Assembly: GCF_006345805.1 (NCBI RefSeq)
Contig: NC_043013.1
Coordinates: 5,828,001 to 5,892,000 of the forward strand
Length of the DNA stretch: 64,000 bases
Direction: 5' to 3'
DNA from: Octopus sinensis
Taxonomy: Eukaryota
The notes beneath the pieces were generated by a model, which had not been told where the DNA came from, did no database searches, and was given only the letters and a program-made list of their open reading frames with translations. Shown in pieces: positions 23,303-36,022 of the stretch. Positions within the stretch are counted from its first letter, which is position 1. The number at the start of each line of letters is the position of its first letter. Position numbers and translations under genes: made by a program.

Positions 23303-23696
23303 GTAAATAATGTATAGAAATAAATAATCACATCAATGACAAGTGACTTAGTGACCGAGACTGTTGACAATATGCTGTGCTTGAGAAGACCTGTGAAACC
23401 AACTGAAATGATAGTCATGGCTGATGCCAGCTTCAGGTATCTGGCACCCATTCCACTGGCACATAAAGGGCTCCTTTCAAGCGTTGGACTTCATGGAGAT
23501 AGTGACAAATGACCAAGACCCTGGTTGATATGCTGTACGTGAGAAGAAGACCCATCAAGCCAGGTGAAATCATAGTTGTGGCAGAAACTGGGGTCATGCA
23601 ACTGGCATCCATGCTGGTGACATGTAAAAGCACCTATTTCACTCTCAGGGTGGTTTGACGTTAGGAAGGGTGTCCAGTCATAGAAACTAAACCAAA

Positions 23697-23885
23697 GGCA
23701 GCAAGCTGGCAGAAACTTTAGCACGCCGGGCGAAATGCTTAGCAGTATTTCGTCTGCCGTTACGTTCTGTGTTCAAATTTCTCTGAGGTCGACTTTGCCT
23801 TTCATCCTTTCGGGTTCGATAAATTAAGTACCAGTTACACACTGGGGGGGTCGATGTAATCAACTGAATCCCTTTGTCTGTCCTG
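23697..23885 (+). mobile_element. SINE family C
   Basis: Matches the 11492 unit. Confidence 0.85.
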
Positions 23886-24201
23886 CACCTTTAATTGCTT
23901 AGGTTTAAAATGATATTGTCGAGTAGATGTAAGAGGTCTGATCTGGTTGGTTTGAAAATAAAAGAAGTAGAATATTTTGGCTGGATGTGGCTGGCTTAAA
24001 TGGTAAAGGCTTACATGTGAAAAATTCCTTTTCTGTTTGGACACATTTTGAATTGCATTGAAATAAACAGAAATGCTTAATCATCAGTATACTTTAGTAC
24101 AAAATATAATTTCTACACACACAAAATACATACATATATAATGTATGTATGTATTTATATATCATTATTAATTTATGATACATGTCTCATTATTTTATGA
24201 T

Positions 24202-24594
24202 GTTGCCAGCCTCTCCTGGCCCCCGTGCTGGTGGCACGTAAAAAGCACCATCCGATCGTGGCCGTTGCCAGCCTCTCCTGGCCCCTGTGCTGGTGGCACG
24301 TAAAAAGCACCATCCGATCGTGGCCGTTGCCAGCCTCTCCTGGCCCCCGTGCTGGTGGCACGTAAAAAGCACCATCCGTTCGTGGCCATTGGCCAGCTCC
24401 GTCTGGCACCTGTGCCGGTGGCACATAAAAAACACCCACTACACTCACGGAGTGGTTGGTGTTAGGAAGGGCATCCAGCCGTAGAAACATTGCCAGATCA
24501 GACTGGGCCGGGTGCAGCCTTCTGGCTTCCCAGACCCCAGTTGAACCATCCAACCCATGCTAGCATGGAAAGCGGACGCTAAATGATGATGATG
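24202..24594 (+). mobile_element. RTE 3'-tail copy with a 62-bp tandem triplication
   Basis: GTTGCCAGCCTCTCCTGGCCCC starts at 24202, 24264 and 24326; the copy ends GGACGCTAAATGATGATGATG. Confidence 0.9.
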
Positions 24595-24618
24595 ATATAT
24601 ATATATACATGCATACAC

Positions 24619-24649
<31 letters not shown>

Positions 24650-25260
24650 TACACACATATATATATATACACATATTTACATACACACACACACATACAT
24701 ATATATTTATAAAATAATGATGACATATATATGCTGAAGATATGGACAGTTCAGCAAAGTCCACACCACTTCACTTTAAGGCATTATTATGACTTGAACT
24801 CAGCTCTACAAGCCAACAAAACACTAGTAAATTATAGAGTGTCCCCACTGCTTACAATGATGAACGTTACCTAACTGTATTTCCCATTTACAGTTATGTG
24901 CAATGAAGCAGAGACAGTTAAATGTCTAAGCCGTGGTGTAATGAGTGTGGTGGCTAAAGTACTGCAGATCCTTTGGTTGACTGGTCAACGTGCTTTTTGA
25001 CCATCAACCACACTTCTATACACACACACACATGAAGGAGTGAGCAAACAAACGAAAAAAAAAAGTAGCCCTCAACACATTTAGCTGGAGTTATATATAC
25101 TTAATAACAGTTTGACTCAGCATCACATTAAAGTTTCATGTTGCGTAGAACAAGTCCACATCATCAGATATTTTGAGTTAGGGTCATGCATAATTAACGA
25201 CCATTTTATTCTATTTTGGTGTTTTATTTTTGGATAAATTTAGAATACGAAAAACAATCG

Positions 25261-25562
25261 TTAACCCCTTATCCAACAATTATTTTGAAAATAAATGTAT
25301 TTTTTCAGGCATATTTTGTGACTAAATCATACTCGGTCTTCAATGCCTTACTCAAGCGAAAGGTGGCAGAAATCGTCACTGCCAGACGTATAAAGTGAGC
25401 GAATATACTCGTATATGTCAAAAAAGAGTTTATAATAGACAAAGGAACTCGTTTGCTGTCGATTTTGGCGAGTCTATCTTTTGACGAGTTAACTCGCCAG
25501 AGATAGAAAAAAACGATTTCGGTCAAAACGCATATATTCGTTTCTGCCGGGTAAGGGGTTAA
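25261..25562. mobile_element. piggyBac-like MITE
   Basis: TTAA-CCCCTTATCC...GGGTAAGGGG-TTAA; CpG-rich interior. Confidence 0.8.
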
Positions 25563-25611
25563 TTATGCACCCACCCAATATACACACACACACACATATA
25601 TATGTATATAT

Positions 25612-26014
25612 CAGGGATGCACTGCCAGGGTAGGCAAGGTAGGCAGTGCCTACCCTGAATAAAATAGATCGATAGTGACATTTTCCTTTTATGGCAAAAT
25701 ATGCACCTAATTCAATAAAACTGTAAATATTACTCTGATTACTATGCATAAAACACAAAATATTTTATTTTTTTGTAGATTAGGCAGGCATAATTTGCCC
25801 CTGCCTTTCAATCTCAGTATTAAGGCTGCACATAGAACTACTGTAGTACACATGCTGCATACATTCCTACAACAACGTTTTCTTTATGCACTATAAAGGT
25901 AGAAGTAAATCTGCCTTCAACTCAGTCACAGGCTTATATTTTGCTTATTTTTTGTTTTACTACATAAAGGTCACCAACTGTCTACCCTGGGTAATTACTG
26001 ACGGCACATGCCTG
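25612..26014. mobile_element. Possible hAT-like MITE
   Basis: CAGG...CCTG termini with repeated subterminal CAGGGTAG / CTACCCTG motifs at both ends. TSD not clear. Confidence 0.45.
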
Positions 26015-26725
26015 GTGTGTATATATATAAGGTGACATGAACTGGAAAATAGAACTCAAAATATGAGTATATGTAAATTTTTATTAATACTTAGCAGCAC
26101 CAACAGAGTGACTCAAGGACCAAGGGTTTCATGCATTGGCACTTCTGCTAAATATTAATATATGTAAGATTATTGAGGTTAATTATAACAAGAAATAATA
26201 TTGAGGAGTTAAAACATTAAAAAAAATAGTTGGTTTTAGTCCACCGTTATGTAAACTTAATGCAGCCATCTGCAGTTGTTGAATACCACACCACAAAGAC
26301 AACTACTACCGTTTAGGGTGGAAATCACCCCCCTCCATCCAACTACAAAGAGCATGCATTGCCTACATTTGACATCGATTTAGTTTCCCCACATGCAAGC
26401 TGTTTCATGTTTGATGTAGGCAAGAATGTCTCTCCTTACCAGAAGTTGTTAACTTTCTGATTTGGAACTGTACAAGAGTGGATGGCCTAATGGTTTGAAA
26501 CTAACAGCAGACTTAAAGCTCTGAATCCTTTATATATAATTCAAGTAATTTTTGTCAATAAATCTGTAATAATGTATCTAGATAATAGAATTCTTATCAT
26601 GTGAACCCTTCAACGATACAGTAATTCTGTACAAGCGAAAACACATAACAACATTAGAGACAAGATATTTGCTCCAGCAGGTCGTTATTTTGCTTTTATC
26701 TACAGGATAATACTTCCAAACTGAA

Positions 26726-27080
26726 ATCATCATCATCATCATCATCATTTAGCGTCCGCTTTCCATGCTAGCATGGGTTGGACGGTTCTACTGGGGTCTG
26801 TGAAGCCAGAAGGCTGCACCAGGCCCAGTCTGATCTGGCAGTGTTTCTACAGCTGGATGCCCTTCCTAATGCCAACCACTCCATGAGTGTAGTGGGTGCT
26901 TTTTACGTGCCACCGGCACAGATGCCAGACGAGTCTGGCAAACGGCCATGATCGGATGGTGCTTTTTATGTGCAACCTGCACGGGGGACAGACGAGGCTG
27001 GCAACGGCCACGAACGGATGGTGCTTTTTACGTGCCACCGGCACGAGGCCAGTCGGGGCGGCGCTGGCAACGGCCACGAA
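26726..27080 (-). mobile_element. RTE 3'-tail copy
   Basis: (CAT)n followed by the family tail and ~60-bp subrepeats. Confidence 0.9.
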
Positions 27081-27691
27081 CTGACAAAAATGTTGTACCA
27101 CTCTGCTATTTATACTTTAACCTGATGGTGCTTTGTTTTACTGGGAAGCAATACTACAGTATTGCACTATTTAATAATTTTTTCTCAGATGTTTACATAT
27201 ATATTTTCAGCTGGTTGCACCATGTCACCATGTGTGTGAGTGTGTGTATGTAAGATTAAAATGTCCAATGGAGAAAGAACCTCAAGATGGCCCATGGTTT
27301 GAGTCTTGTGGGTAGCTTTCAACCTTTTTTTCTACACAAGTGTTTTTTTTAATCCATTACAAGTTATAATTAATAGGTATATTCACCTTGAGACACACTC
27401 TTAAATGATCTCTCTCTCTCTCTCTATATATATATATCATGTTAGAACATGATATATATCAGGATGTGTATCAGACAAGCTAATAATTACATCTACATAA
27501 CTATGTGGTCAGTAGTCCAGGAGCAACAGCACTTTATTAAAGCAGCCACTGTGTCATGTCCCTGGACAAAGGATATGACTATATTTCTGTCACTGGGGGG
27601 TGTGTGTGTGTGATTGTAGGAAAGGTATTCACTCATCAGCATAATTGCTTTAACAATACAGAAACAAGCAAATTGCAAAAAAAAAAAAAAA

Positions 27692-27731
<40 letters not shown>

Positions 27732-27871
27732 AAAATACTGAAAAGGAAACGAAAGATGAAACCATACATTGGTGTATAGACAAGACCATCAGATGTTATA
27801 CACTGCTGGTCACAATGTGATTCCTATTCTTTCTTGATTGTGATTTCCTTTTTCATCTTGGCCCAAATTGT

Positions 27872-28101
27872 TTAACCCTTTTGTTACCATATTTTGGTTG
27901 AGATATTCTGTGTTTCTTTCAATTAATTTTAAATATAACAAAGAATTTAGTACAATAACTTAGTTATCATTCAGCTAGCGTTAGGAACATAAATTGTGAC
28001 TAAAGTTTGGTGGAAGATCTTAATTCAGAACTTCTGCAAACAAGACATTTGTACTGGAGAGCCAGAGGTGGTTTCAGACGGGTTGGAATCAAAAGGGTTA
28101 A
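27872..28101. mobile_element. piggyBac-like MITE
   Basis: TTAA-CCCTTTTG...CAAAAGGG-TTAA; inverted relative of 19806-20023. Confidence 0.85.
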
Positions 28102-28104
28102 ATT

Positions 28105-28350
28105 ATCTTGCCATCATTGAAGAGGCTTTTTGAGTGGCCCTTTCTGATCTCTCAGATACAACTTGGTAGCTGCATGTCTGGCCCATCTGTAGGTTGTGAA
28201 CCTTGCGACCCAATGTAACTGGCCCAATGTAACTTGTGGTTTCGGTATTCTGCGATTACGCCGTCCACTCTGCACCATTCTCAAACTACTTCATTTTTGA
28301 ACATGCTCTTGTAATAACATTCCATGGCCCTTTGCATCACAGCCAATTAA
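28105..28350 (-). pseudogene. Degraded RTE-like LINE C-terminal fragment
   Basis: Minus-strand LAVMQRAME...NEVV...VIAEYRNHKLHWASY resembles the RTE QRAMER...RNE...KxxWAGH region. Confidence 0.55.
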
Positions 28351-28938
28351 AACACATAACCTATTAAAAAAGGAATTAATGTTAACCATAAGTCCACTCC
28401 TAGAAAAATAAATAAAACAAAAAAAAAGGAAACTTTCGGATGTTTCCCTTATCTGTTAAGGTTCAAAATGGCTGTTAATAAAGATTGGATTTAGATATCC
28501 TGGTTCAATTCTCAAGTTGTCTCGACCGATCCCATGGATGTTGTTTTTTATGGCATCAACTCCATATATTCTGTATGAAGAACAAAAAAATACAAAATGG
28601 TTTTAGCGAAATTTTTATTCTTTTTAATATATTTCAATCTATTTAACCATATCCAAGGGGGTATTTTTAAAGAATGACAAAAGGATCTTTTATTTAAAAA
28701 AAAAAGGTTTTTTCTTCTTTTTCTCTTTTTTTTTTTTTTCCAAGTTTTAATTATTATTTTTTTTGTCCTTTTTAAATAAATCCAGTACGCTGCGTCTGTA
28801 TTTTTTTGGGAAATAACTGCTAACAATTGAAAAAAAAAAATAAATAAACAATTCAGTCACCATTGAAACAAAGCATCCAAAAAAATTTGCTTTGCTTTGG
28901 TTACTGACGGTGAGAGATAGATAGATAGATAGATATAG

Positions 28939-28989
<51 letters not shown>

Positions 28990-29607
28990 GTGAAAGAGAC
29001 AGATAGAAACGAAAATATACATATATACATACACATACATACATATATATATACATACATATATTTATAACATATATGTATACATATATATATACACATA
29101 TACAAATATATACATATATATTGAGATATATGTCCAATTGAGTTAATACTGGTAAAGATTGGAGTATAAGTGTAAGTAGCATTTCTATAGAGACTGGACT
29201 TGCAAGGAGATTTTTTTAGAAAAAAAAATGTACAGCTTTTCGAACCTAAAGAATTCAGTTTTTTGTTGTATTTTTTTTTTTGTCTAATTTCAACAAAGTG
29301 ATGAATCAAAATTGTTATGGGAAGTTCTACATATATCGACCTACATTGAGTTGCCCACCTTCAACAGAGTTTACTTCAATTGTTTTAATGGCTACGTAAA
29401 TCTACAGGTCACCATTTCTCAACACCATGCATCACTAACCAAGTCAGAAACTGTAGCGAAATTTTGTATTCCCCAGACATGAAATGGCGAAGAGGGAGAA
29501 GAAGAAAAGAAAAAAAAAAAACTAAGAAGGAAGGATGAAAAAGAACCCATAAAAGGACAAAAAACAATGGAATCTAAATGAAAATCATGTATATATAAAT
29601 GTGTGTG

Positions 29608-29643
<36 letters not shown>

Positions 29644-29976
29644 AATACACAAACATGTACTTGGCTTGTGTTTGTGTATCAAGTTATTTAAAAATTTAAT
29701 ATTATATATATATATATGATTATATATATATATATATATAACATACATATGTTTGCTTATGTATGTGTATATATATATATGCATGTATACATATGGAAGA
29801 AGGTAAAAAAGAGAGAAAATAGAAACCTTCTGGCAATGTGGTAAGTTTTATAAAGGTTTCAGAATGGTTTTATAAACTTTCTGCATTGTCAGAAACTTTC
29901 TGTTTTCTCTCTCTCTTTTTTTTTTTTTGCCTTCTTCAATATTACAATGCTTCAAGCAAACTACAATGCTCTTATG

Positions 29977-30014
<38 letters not shown>

Positions 30015-30036
<22 letters not shown>

Positions 30037-30591
30037 TATATAATGCTTCAATGTTTGCAAAATCAGAAAGAACGAGAATGGGATAAAGGGGGGGAAGAAG
30101 GATTTGGTAGGTTCCCACCGATGCAGAAAAGGACTATCCACGGTAGCAACTAATTAAATAAATGAAATAAATAGTAAAAATTCGTTTGTTTGTTTGATTG
30201 GTCTTCTCTTTCGTTCTTTCTTTCCAGCAATAAAAAAATTTGGGGTGAGGATGTTAGGGTGAAGTTTGTGGCAGGATGGGGTTTTTTTTTTAAGGGTTAG
30301 GAATTAGTGAGAGAAAAGGGAAAAAAAAAAAAAATAACATCAATGCACAGAAGAGTTGTTGAGTGTTTTTGTTGTTTGCAGTGACTTTTTTGTTTGTCCC
30401 CTTTATGTTTAAAACTTGTAAAAGAAAAAAAAATTGTTAAATTAAGACGACAGGAAATATTGTGCACAAAATTTGAAGTTTTTCTTTTGCATACATACAC
30501 ACACATAGAAATTGCACATACATATGTATTATGGCTGTGTGAGTGTATGTGTGTATATATATATATAAACAAACATATTGTGTCTGTGGAT

Positions 30592-30635
<44 letters not shown>

Positions 30636-31228
30636 CACACACACATATATAATGCTTCAATGTTTGCAAAATCAGAAAGAACGAGAATGGGATAAAGGGG
30701 GGAAGAAGGATTTGGTAGGTTCCCACCGATGCAGAAAAGGACTATCCACGGTAGCAACTAATTAAATAAATGAAATAAATAGTAAAAATTCGTTTGTTTG
30801 TTTGATTGGTCTTCTCTTTCGTTCTTTCTTTCCAGCAATAAAAAAATTTGGGGTGAGGATGTTAGGGTGAAGTTTGTGGCAGGATGGGGTTTTTTTTTTA
30901 AGGGTTAGGAATTAGTGAGAGAAAAGGGAAAAAAAAAAAAAAATAACATCAATGCACAGAAGAGTTGTTGAGTGTTTTTGTTGTTTGCAGTGACTTTTTT
31001 GTTTGTCCCCTTTATGTTTAAAACTTGTAAAAGAAAAAAAAATTGTTAAATTAAGACGACAGGAAATATTGTGCACAAAATTTGAAGTTTTTCTTTTGCA
31101 TACATACACACACATAGAAATTGCACATACATATGTATTATGGCTGTGTGAGTGTATGTGTGTATATATATATATAAACAAACATATTGTGTCTGTGGAT
31201 GGATATATATATATATATACACACACAC
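30015..31228. repeat. ~609-bp direct tandem duplication of unique sequence
   Basis: TAATGCTTCAATGTTTGC occurs at 30041 and 30650. The visible differences are homopolymer or microsatellite lengths, and the junctions lie in (TA)n(CA)n. Confidence 0.95.
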
Positions 31229-32019
31229 AAATAGATATTGTGTATGCATATATGTAGATATATACAAATGGTATATATACATACTCTTATTTGTTTCAGT
31301 CATTTGACTGCGGTCATGCTGGAGTACTGCCTTTAGTCGAACAAATCGACCCCAGGACTTATTCTTTGTAAGCCTAGTACTTATTCTATCAGTCTGTTTT
31401 GCCAAACTGCTAAGTTAAGGGGACTTAAAACACAAATTGCATATATGTAAATATATAGAAATGGTATATATATATATATTATATTAAATTATATATATAT
31501 ATATATACACACACACACATATATGATAATGATACATATTACACAAACACACACATCCATACGCAAACATAAAAACATACATACACACACACACACCTAT
31601 TTCATTATTATGCACAGAATTTACAAATATCAGTTAATAATAATAATAATCCAAGCTGAAGTTAGATTGACAAGGAATATCTGCTGTTGTGTTTGAAAAA
31701 CAGCTGGCAATAATCAGCTACAGTGCTGTTGATACCACTAAAATTATTGTGAAGCTTAAACGCAAACTACACCTAGAAATGCATCAGTTAACAATGAAAC
31801 GTATATCATAAGAGAAGAAAAGTTTCGTCCTGTTTTTTTTCTTTCTCTCTTTTGCTTAAAAATTTACTCTTTTTTGCTTTTCTTTTCTTTGAGGAAGTTC
31901 CTTGTAAGGCACTATTAGCAACCGAAAATTGTCTTTTTTTAATTATTTAAAAATTTTTTCGTTTTAGCTAACATGAAGTTTCAATAAGCGAGCACTACTT
32001 GATTTGAATTCTGACATAA

Positions 32020-32945
32020 TAATAATAATAATAATAATAATGATAATGGTTTCAAATTTTAGCACAAGGCCAGTAATTTTAGTGGGTGGGGATCAGTCAA
32101 TTACATCAACACCAGTACTTGACTGGTACATGACAGAATTTGAAATCAGAACACAAGGGGCGAGAAGAAATGCAGATAAGTATTTTGTTCTACATGCTAA
32201 CAATTCTGCTGGCATGCTGCCTTAATAATAACCCTTTCTACAATAGGCACAAGGCCTGGAATTCTGGGGGAAGAAGGTTAGTCAATTACATTGACTCCCA
32301 GTGCGTGACTGGTACTTATTTTATCGACCTCTGAGAAGATGAAAGGCAAAGTCGACCTTGGTAAGAATCTGAACTCAGAACTGAGAGAAATGTCACTAAA
32401 CATTTCATCCAACATGCTAATAATTCTGCCAGCTCACTGCCTTCAATAATAATAATAATAATAATAATAATCCTTTCTATTATAGGCACATGGCTTGGAT
32501 TTTGTGAGGAGGGGGACAATTGACCACATTGACTCCAGTACTCAACTGGTACTTAATTTATCGACCCAGAAAGGATGAAAAGCAATGTCGACCTCGGTGG
32601 AATTTGAACTCAGAACATAACGGCAGACGAGACACTACTAAGCATTTCGTCCAACATGTTAATGAATCTGCCAACTCACTGCCTTAATAATAATAATAAT
32701 AATAATAATAATAGTAATGATAATAATCCTTTCTACTATAGGCACATGGCCTGGATTTTGTGTGGAGGGGGAAATCGATCACATCGACCCAGTACTCAAC
32801 TGGTACTTAATTTATCGACCTTGAAAGGATGAAAAGCAAAGTTGACCTCAGCGGAATTTGAACTCAGAATGTAGCAACGGGCGAAATACTATTAAGTATT
32901 TCGCCCGGTGTGCTAACGATTCTGCCAGCTCACCATCTTAATAAT
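32020..32945 (-). mobile_element. Head-to-tail cluster of four SINE family C copies
   Basis: Repeated (AAT)n-CCTTTCTA..ATAGGCACA..GGTACTTA..GGATGAAA..TTTGAACTCAGAA..CTGCCA units. Confidence 0.85.
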
Positions 32946-33223
32946 AATTTGGAAATCTGTTAACAACTAGGAAACTGTTAAGGTATATAAAGTGTTTGTT
33001 TGGAGTTGAAACTGAAAACTCCTTTACTACTCTGATGCTCCTGGTTCTATTGTGATCCTCCTTTAAGAATTAGTCAGAGGAATGCAATGGAAGGAGGGAA
33101 ACATTTCCAGAGATGTGACAGTGTGAAGATCCAGCCTTTTGCATCAATGAATAAACTCAACTTTAGTTTTACTTTTACTTCTTGTTTGTACATCCAAACA
33201 TTGTGTGCATATGTGTATGTATG

Positions 33224-33255
<32 letters not shown>

Positions 33256-34429
33256 AACATACACTTGTATATGTGTGTATACACATATACACACACAATA
33301 TATATATACACATGTATACATATATACTCATACACACACACATGTATAAACTCGTATGCACATATACAAACACACACCTGTATACATATATACACACACA
33401 CACCTGTATTCATAAACTCATATACATATGTATACTCAGACATGTATATATACTCATATACATATACATACGAATGCTTGACTATTTCTTATGAATACCT
33501 GCACTATCCTTAAGGACAATATAGCTAAGACAAAATAGGAGGTGTGGTATTTTAGCGGAACAATTAGGGTAAAATTTGAATGAGGTTATAGTAACAGAAG
33601 AAGAAAAAATTACATTACCTTGATAGAAAATTTTTGATCAAAATAACAACACACACACACACACATAGACATTCATACACACAAGATGGTTAGAATTAAT
33701 TAATTAATCAAAACATTTGAGATAATCATTGAGAAGATTGGATTAACATGTTGGATTAACAATTTACAGATTTTTCAGGATAAACAACTTTTATTCACCT
33801 CCTTGACTTGTGAATAGCTTTGAAACAAACTAATTAATCGTAGAACTCCACAGAAGGAAAGAAGGAAATATTGCCCAGAAATTTAAAATATAAGTGTTAA
33901 AAATATGTTTTAAATAAAAATCAAAAGAAAACTCAGGAAGATTCATTAAATATCATCACCATTATCGTTATTATTATTATTATTATTATTGCTGTGTTTC
34001 TTATTTTTAAAAAATATTGTCACAATGTTGTTGCATGAAAAAAGAATGAAGTGAATAAGCTATTGTGTTGTAGAGAAACACCAGTTATCCTCAGTGGTGC
34101 CTGTTCCGACACAGGAAGTGAGACTACTGGAAAAAGGGGATGGGCAGAGCAGGAGATTTGAACACTGAATGCTAATGCTCAGTTCCTGCTGACAGCCATG
34201 CACTATTATTTATACATTCATTATTATTATTATTTTTTTTTTCATTTTGAAATTCACTGGCTCACCTGGAGTGGGCCATTTGAGATTTTTGGTACCTTTT
34301 GCCATCAACAGTGTTCAGTGCCAGTAACAAGATTCTCTTGCCCCTTCTACAGAAAAAATCTCATTACACACACAAAAGAAAAAAAGGAAAATCTCACGTA
34401 GGTACATGACCAGTTTTTTTTTTTGTCTT

Positions 34430-35560
34430 TATAAGGGAGGATAAAGTAAACTTTGGTGGGATCTGAACTCAGAACTGAGAGAGATAAAACTAAATACTAT
34501 AATGTATTTCGTCTGGTGTGCTGTCTCATTTTCCCTGTTGCACTTAATAATTATCCCTTCGACTATAAGTACAAGGCCTGAAATTTTGAGGGAGGGAGTT
34601 AGGTGATTACACGGACCCCAGTATTTGACTGGTATTTCATTCTATTATCCCTGAAAGGACGAAAGACAGAATTTACAACTAGAATGTAAAGATGGAAGAA
34701 ATGCTGTCATACATTTTGTTTGATGCGGTAACAATTCAATCAGCTTACCACCTTAATAATAATAATAATAATAACAATAATAATAATCCTTTCTCCTATA
34801 GGCACAAGGCCTGAAATTTTATGGGGAGGGGGCTAGATGATTACATTGACCCCAGTGATGTACAAGTACTTATTTCATCAACTCCCAAAAGGACAAACAG
34901 TAAAGTTGGCCTCAGTGGATTTTGAACTCAGAATGTACAGACGAATGAAATGTCGCCAAGCATTTTGTCTGGTGTGCTAATGATTCCGCCAGCTTGCCGC
35001 ATTAATGATAATAACAATAAATAATTTCTTATACAGGCACCAGGACAAAGTGTAGAGAAGAAATGGGGTCATATGGTGTTTATTCATGCATTATCATGTA
35101 AATTAAATGTGGCTGGGAATTGATACCAGTTTGTAGACTTGCCCGGCATGAGTATATCTCTGGTTCAAAAATACTTGCTGCTGCCAATAACAACAATAAT
35201 AATGGTTTCTGATTTAGGCACAAGTCCAGTCAGTAATTTAAGTGGGTGGGTGGGTGGTGGTTTAGTCAATATTGTCGACCCCAGTACTTACCTGGTACTT
35301 TATTTTATCAACTCTGAAGAGATGAAAGGCAAAGTTGACCATGGCAGGATTTGAACTCAGAATGTAAAGAGCTGGAAGAAATAACGTAAGGCATTGTTTC
35401 CTGCACTCCAACGATTCTGCCAGTTTGCCCGCCCTGGGCGAAGAAACAGTTGATTATATTGACCCTTCCCACCAAGAATGAAAGAGGCAAAGTCGACCTC
35501 AACAGGATTTTTGAATTCAGACGTAAAGGGTTGAAACGAAACATACCACAATACATTTTG
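34430..35560 (-). mobile_element. Cluster of diverged SINE family C copies
   Basis: Same motifs as 32020-32945, more diverged. Confidence 0.75.
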
Positions 35561-35694
35561 CCTGTTGCTCTACTGATTTGGCCAATCCACAGTTCTTTAC
35601 AGTAACTGTACAATTGATTCATTTGTTTTAAGAAAAAAAAAAGCCCCTAAAACAAATGGTGGAGGTAATTGAACAGACCAATAATATCTTAACT

Positions 35695-36022
35695 GTGAAG
35701 GCACGTGGCTTTGTGGTTAGGGTATTTAGCTAATGATTGTAAGGTCATGGGTTTGATACCCGGTGGCACAATATTGTCCTTGAGCAAGACACTTTATTTC
35801 ACATTGCTCCAGTTCACTCAGCTGGCAAAAATGAGTCGTACCAGTAATTACAAAGGGGCAGCTTTGCCACATTCTGTGTCACACCGAATCTCTTTGAGAA
35901 CTATGTTAAAGGCTATGCGTCTCTGTGGAGTGCTCAGCCACTTGCAAGTGAATTTCATGAGCAGGCTGTTCCGTTGATTGGATCAACTGGAACCCTCGTC
36001 CTCGTAACTGATAGAGTGCCAG
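35695..36022 (+). mobile_element. SINE family A variant
   Basis: tRNA-like head, CCTTGAGCAAGACACTT core and a distinct 3' tail shared with 19595-20135. Confidence 0.8.

Noticed and set aside
24202-24380. CRISPR-like regular repeats (also 2744-3320 and 11543-12280)
   Set aside because: Whole units repeat with no unique spacers, there are no cas genes, and they belong to retroelements.
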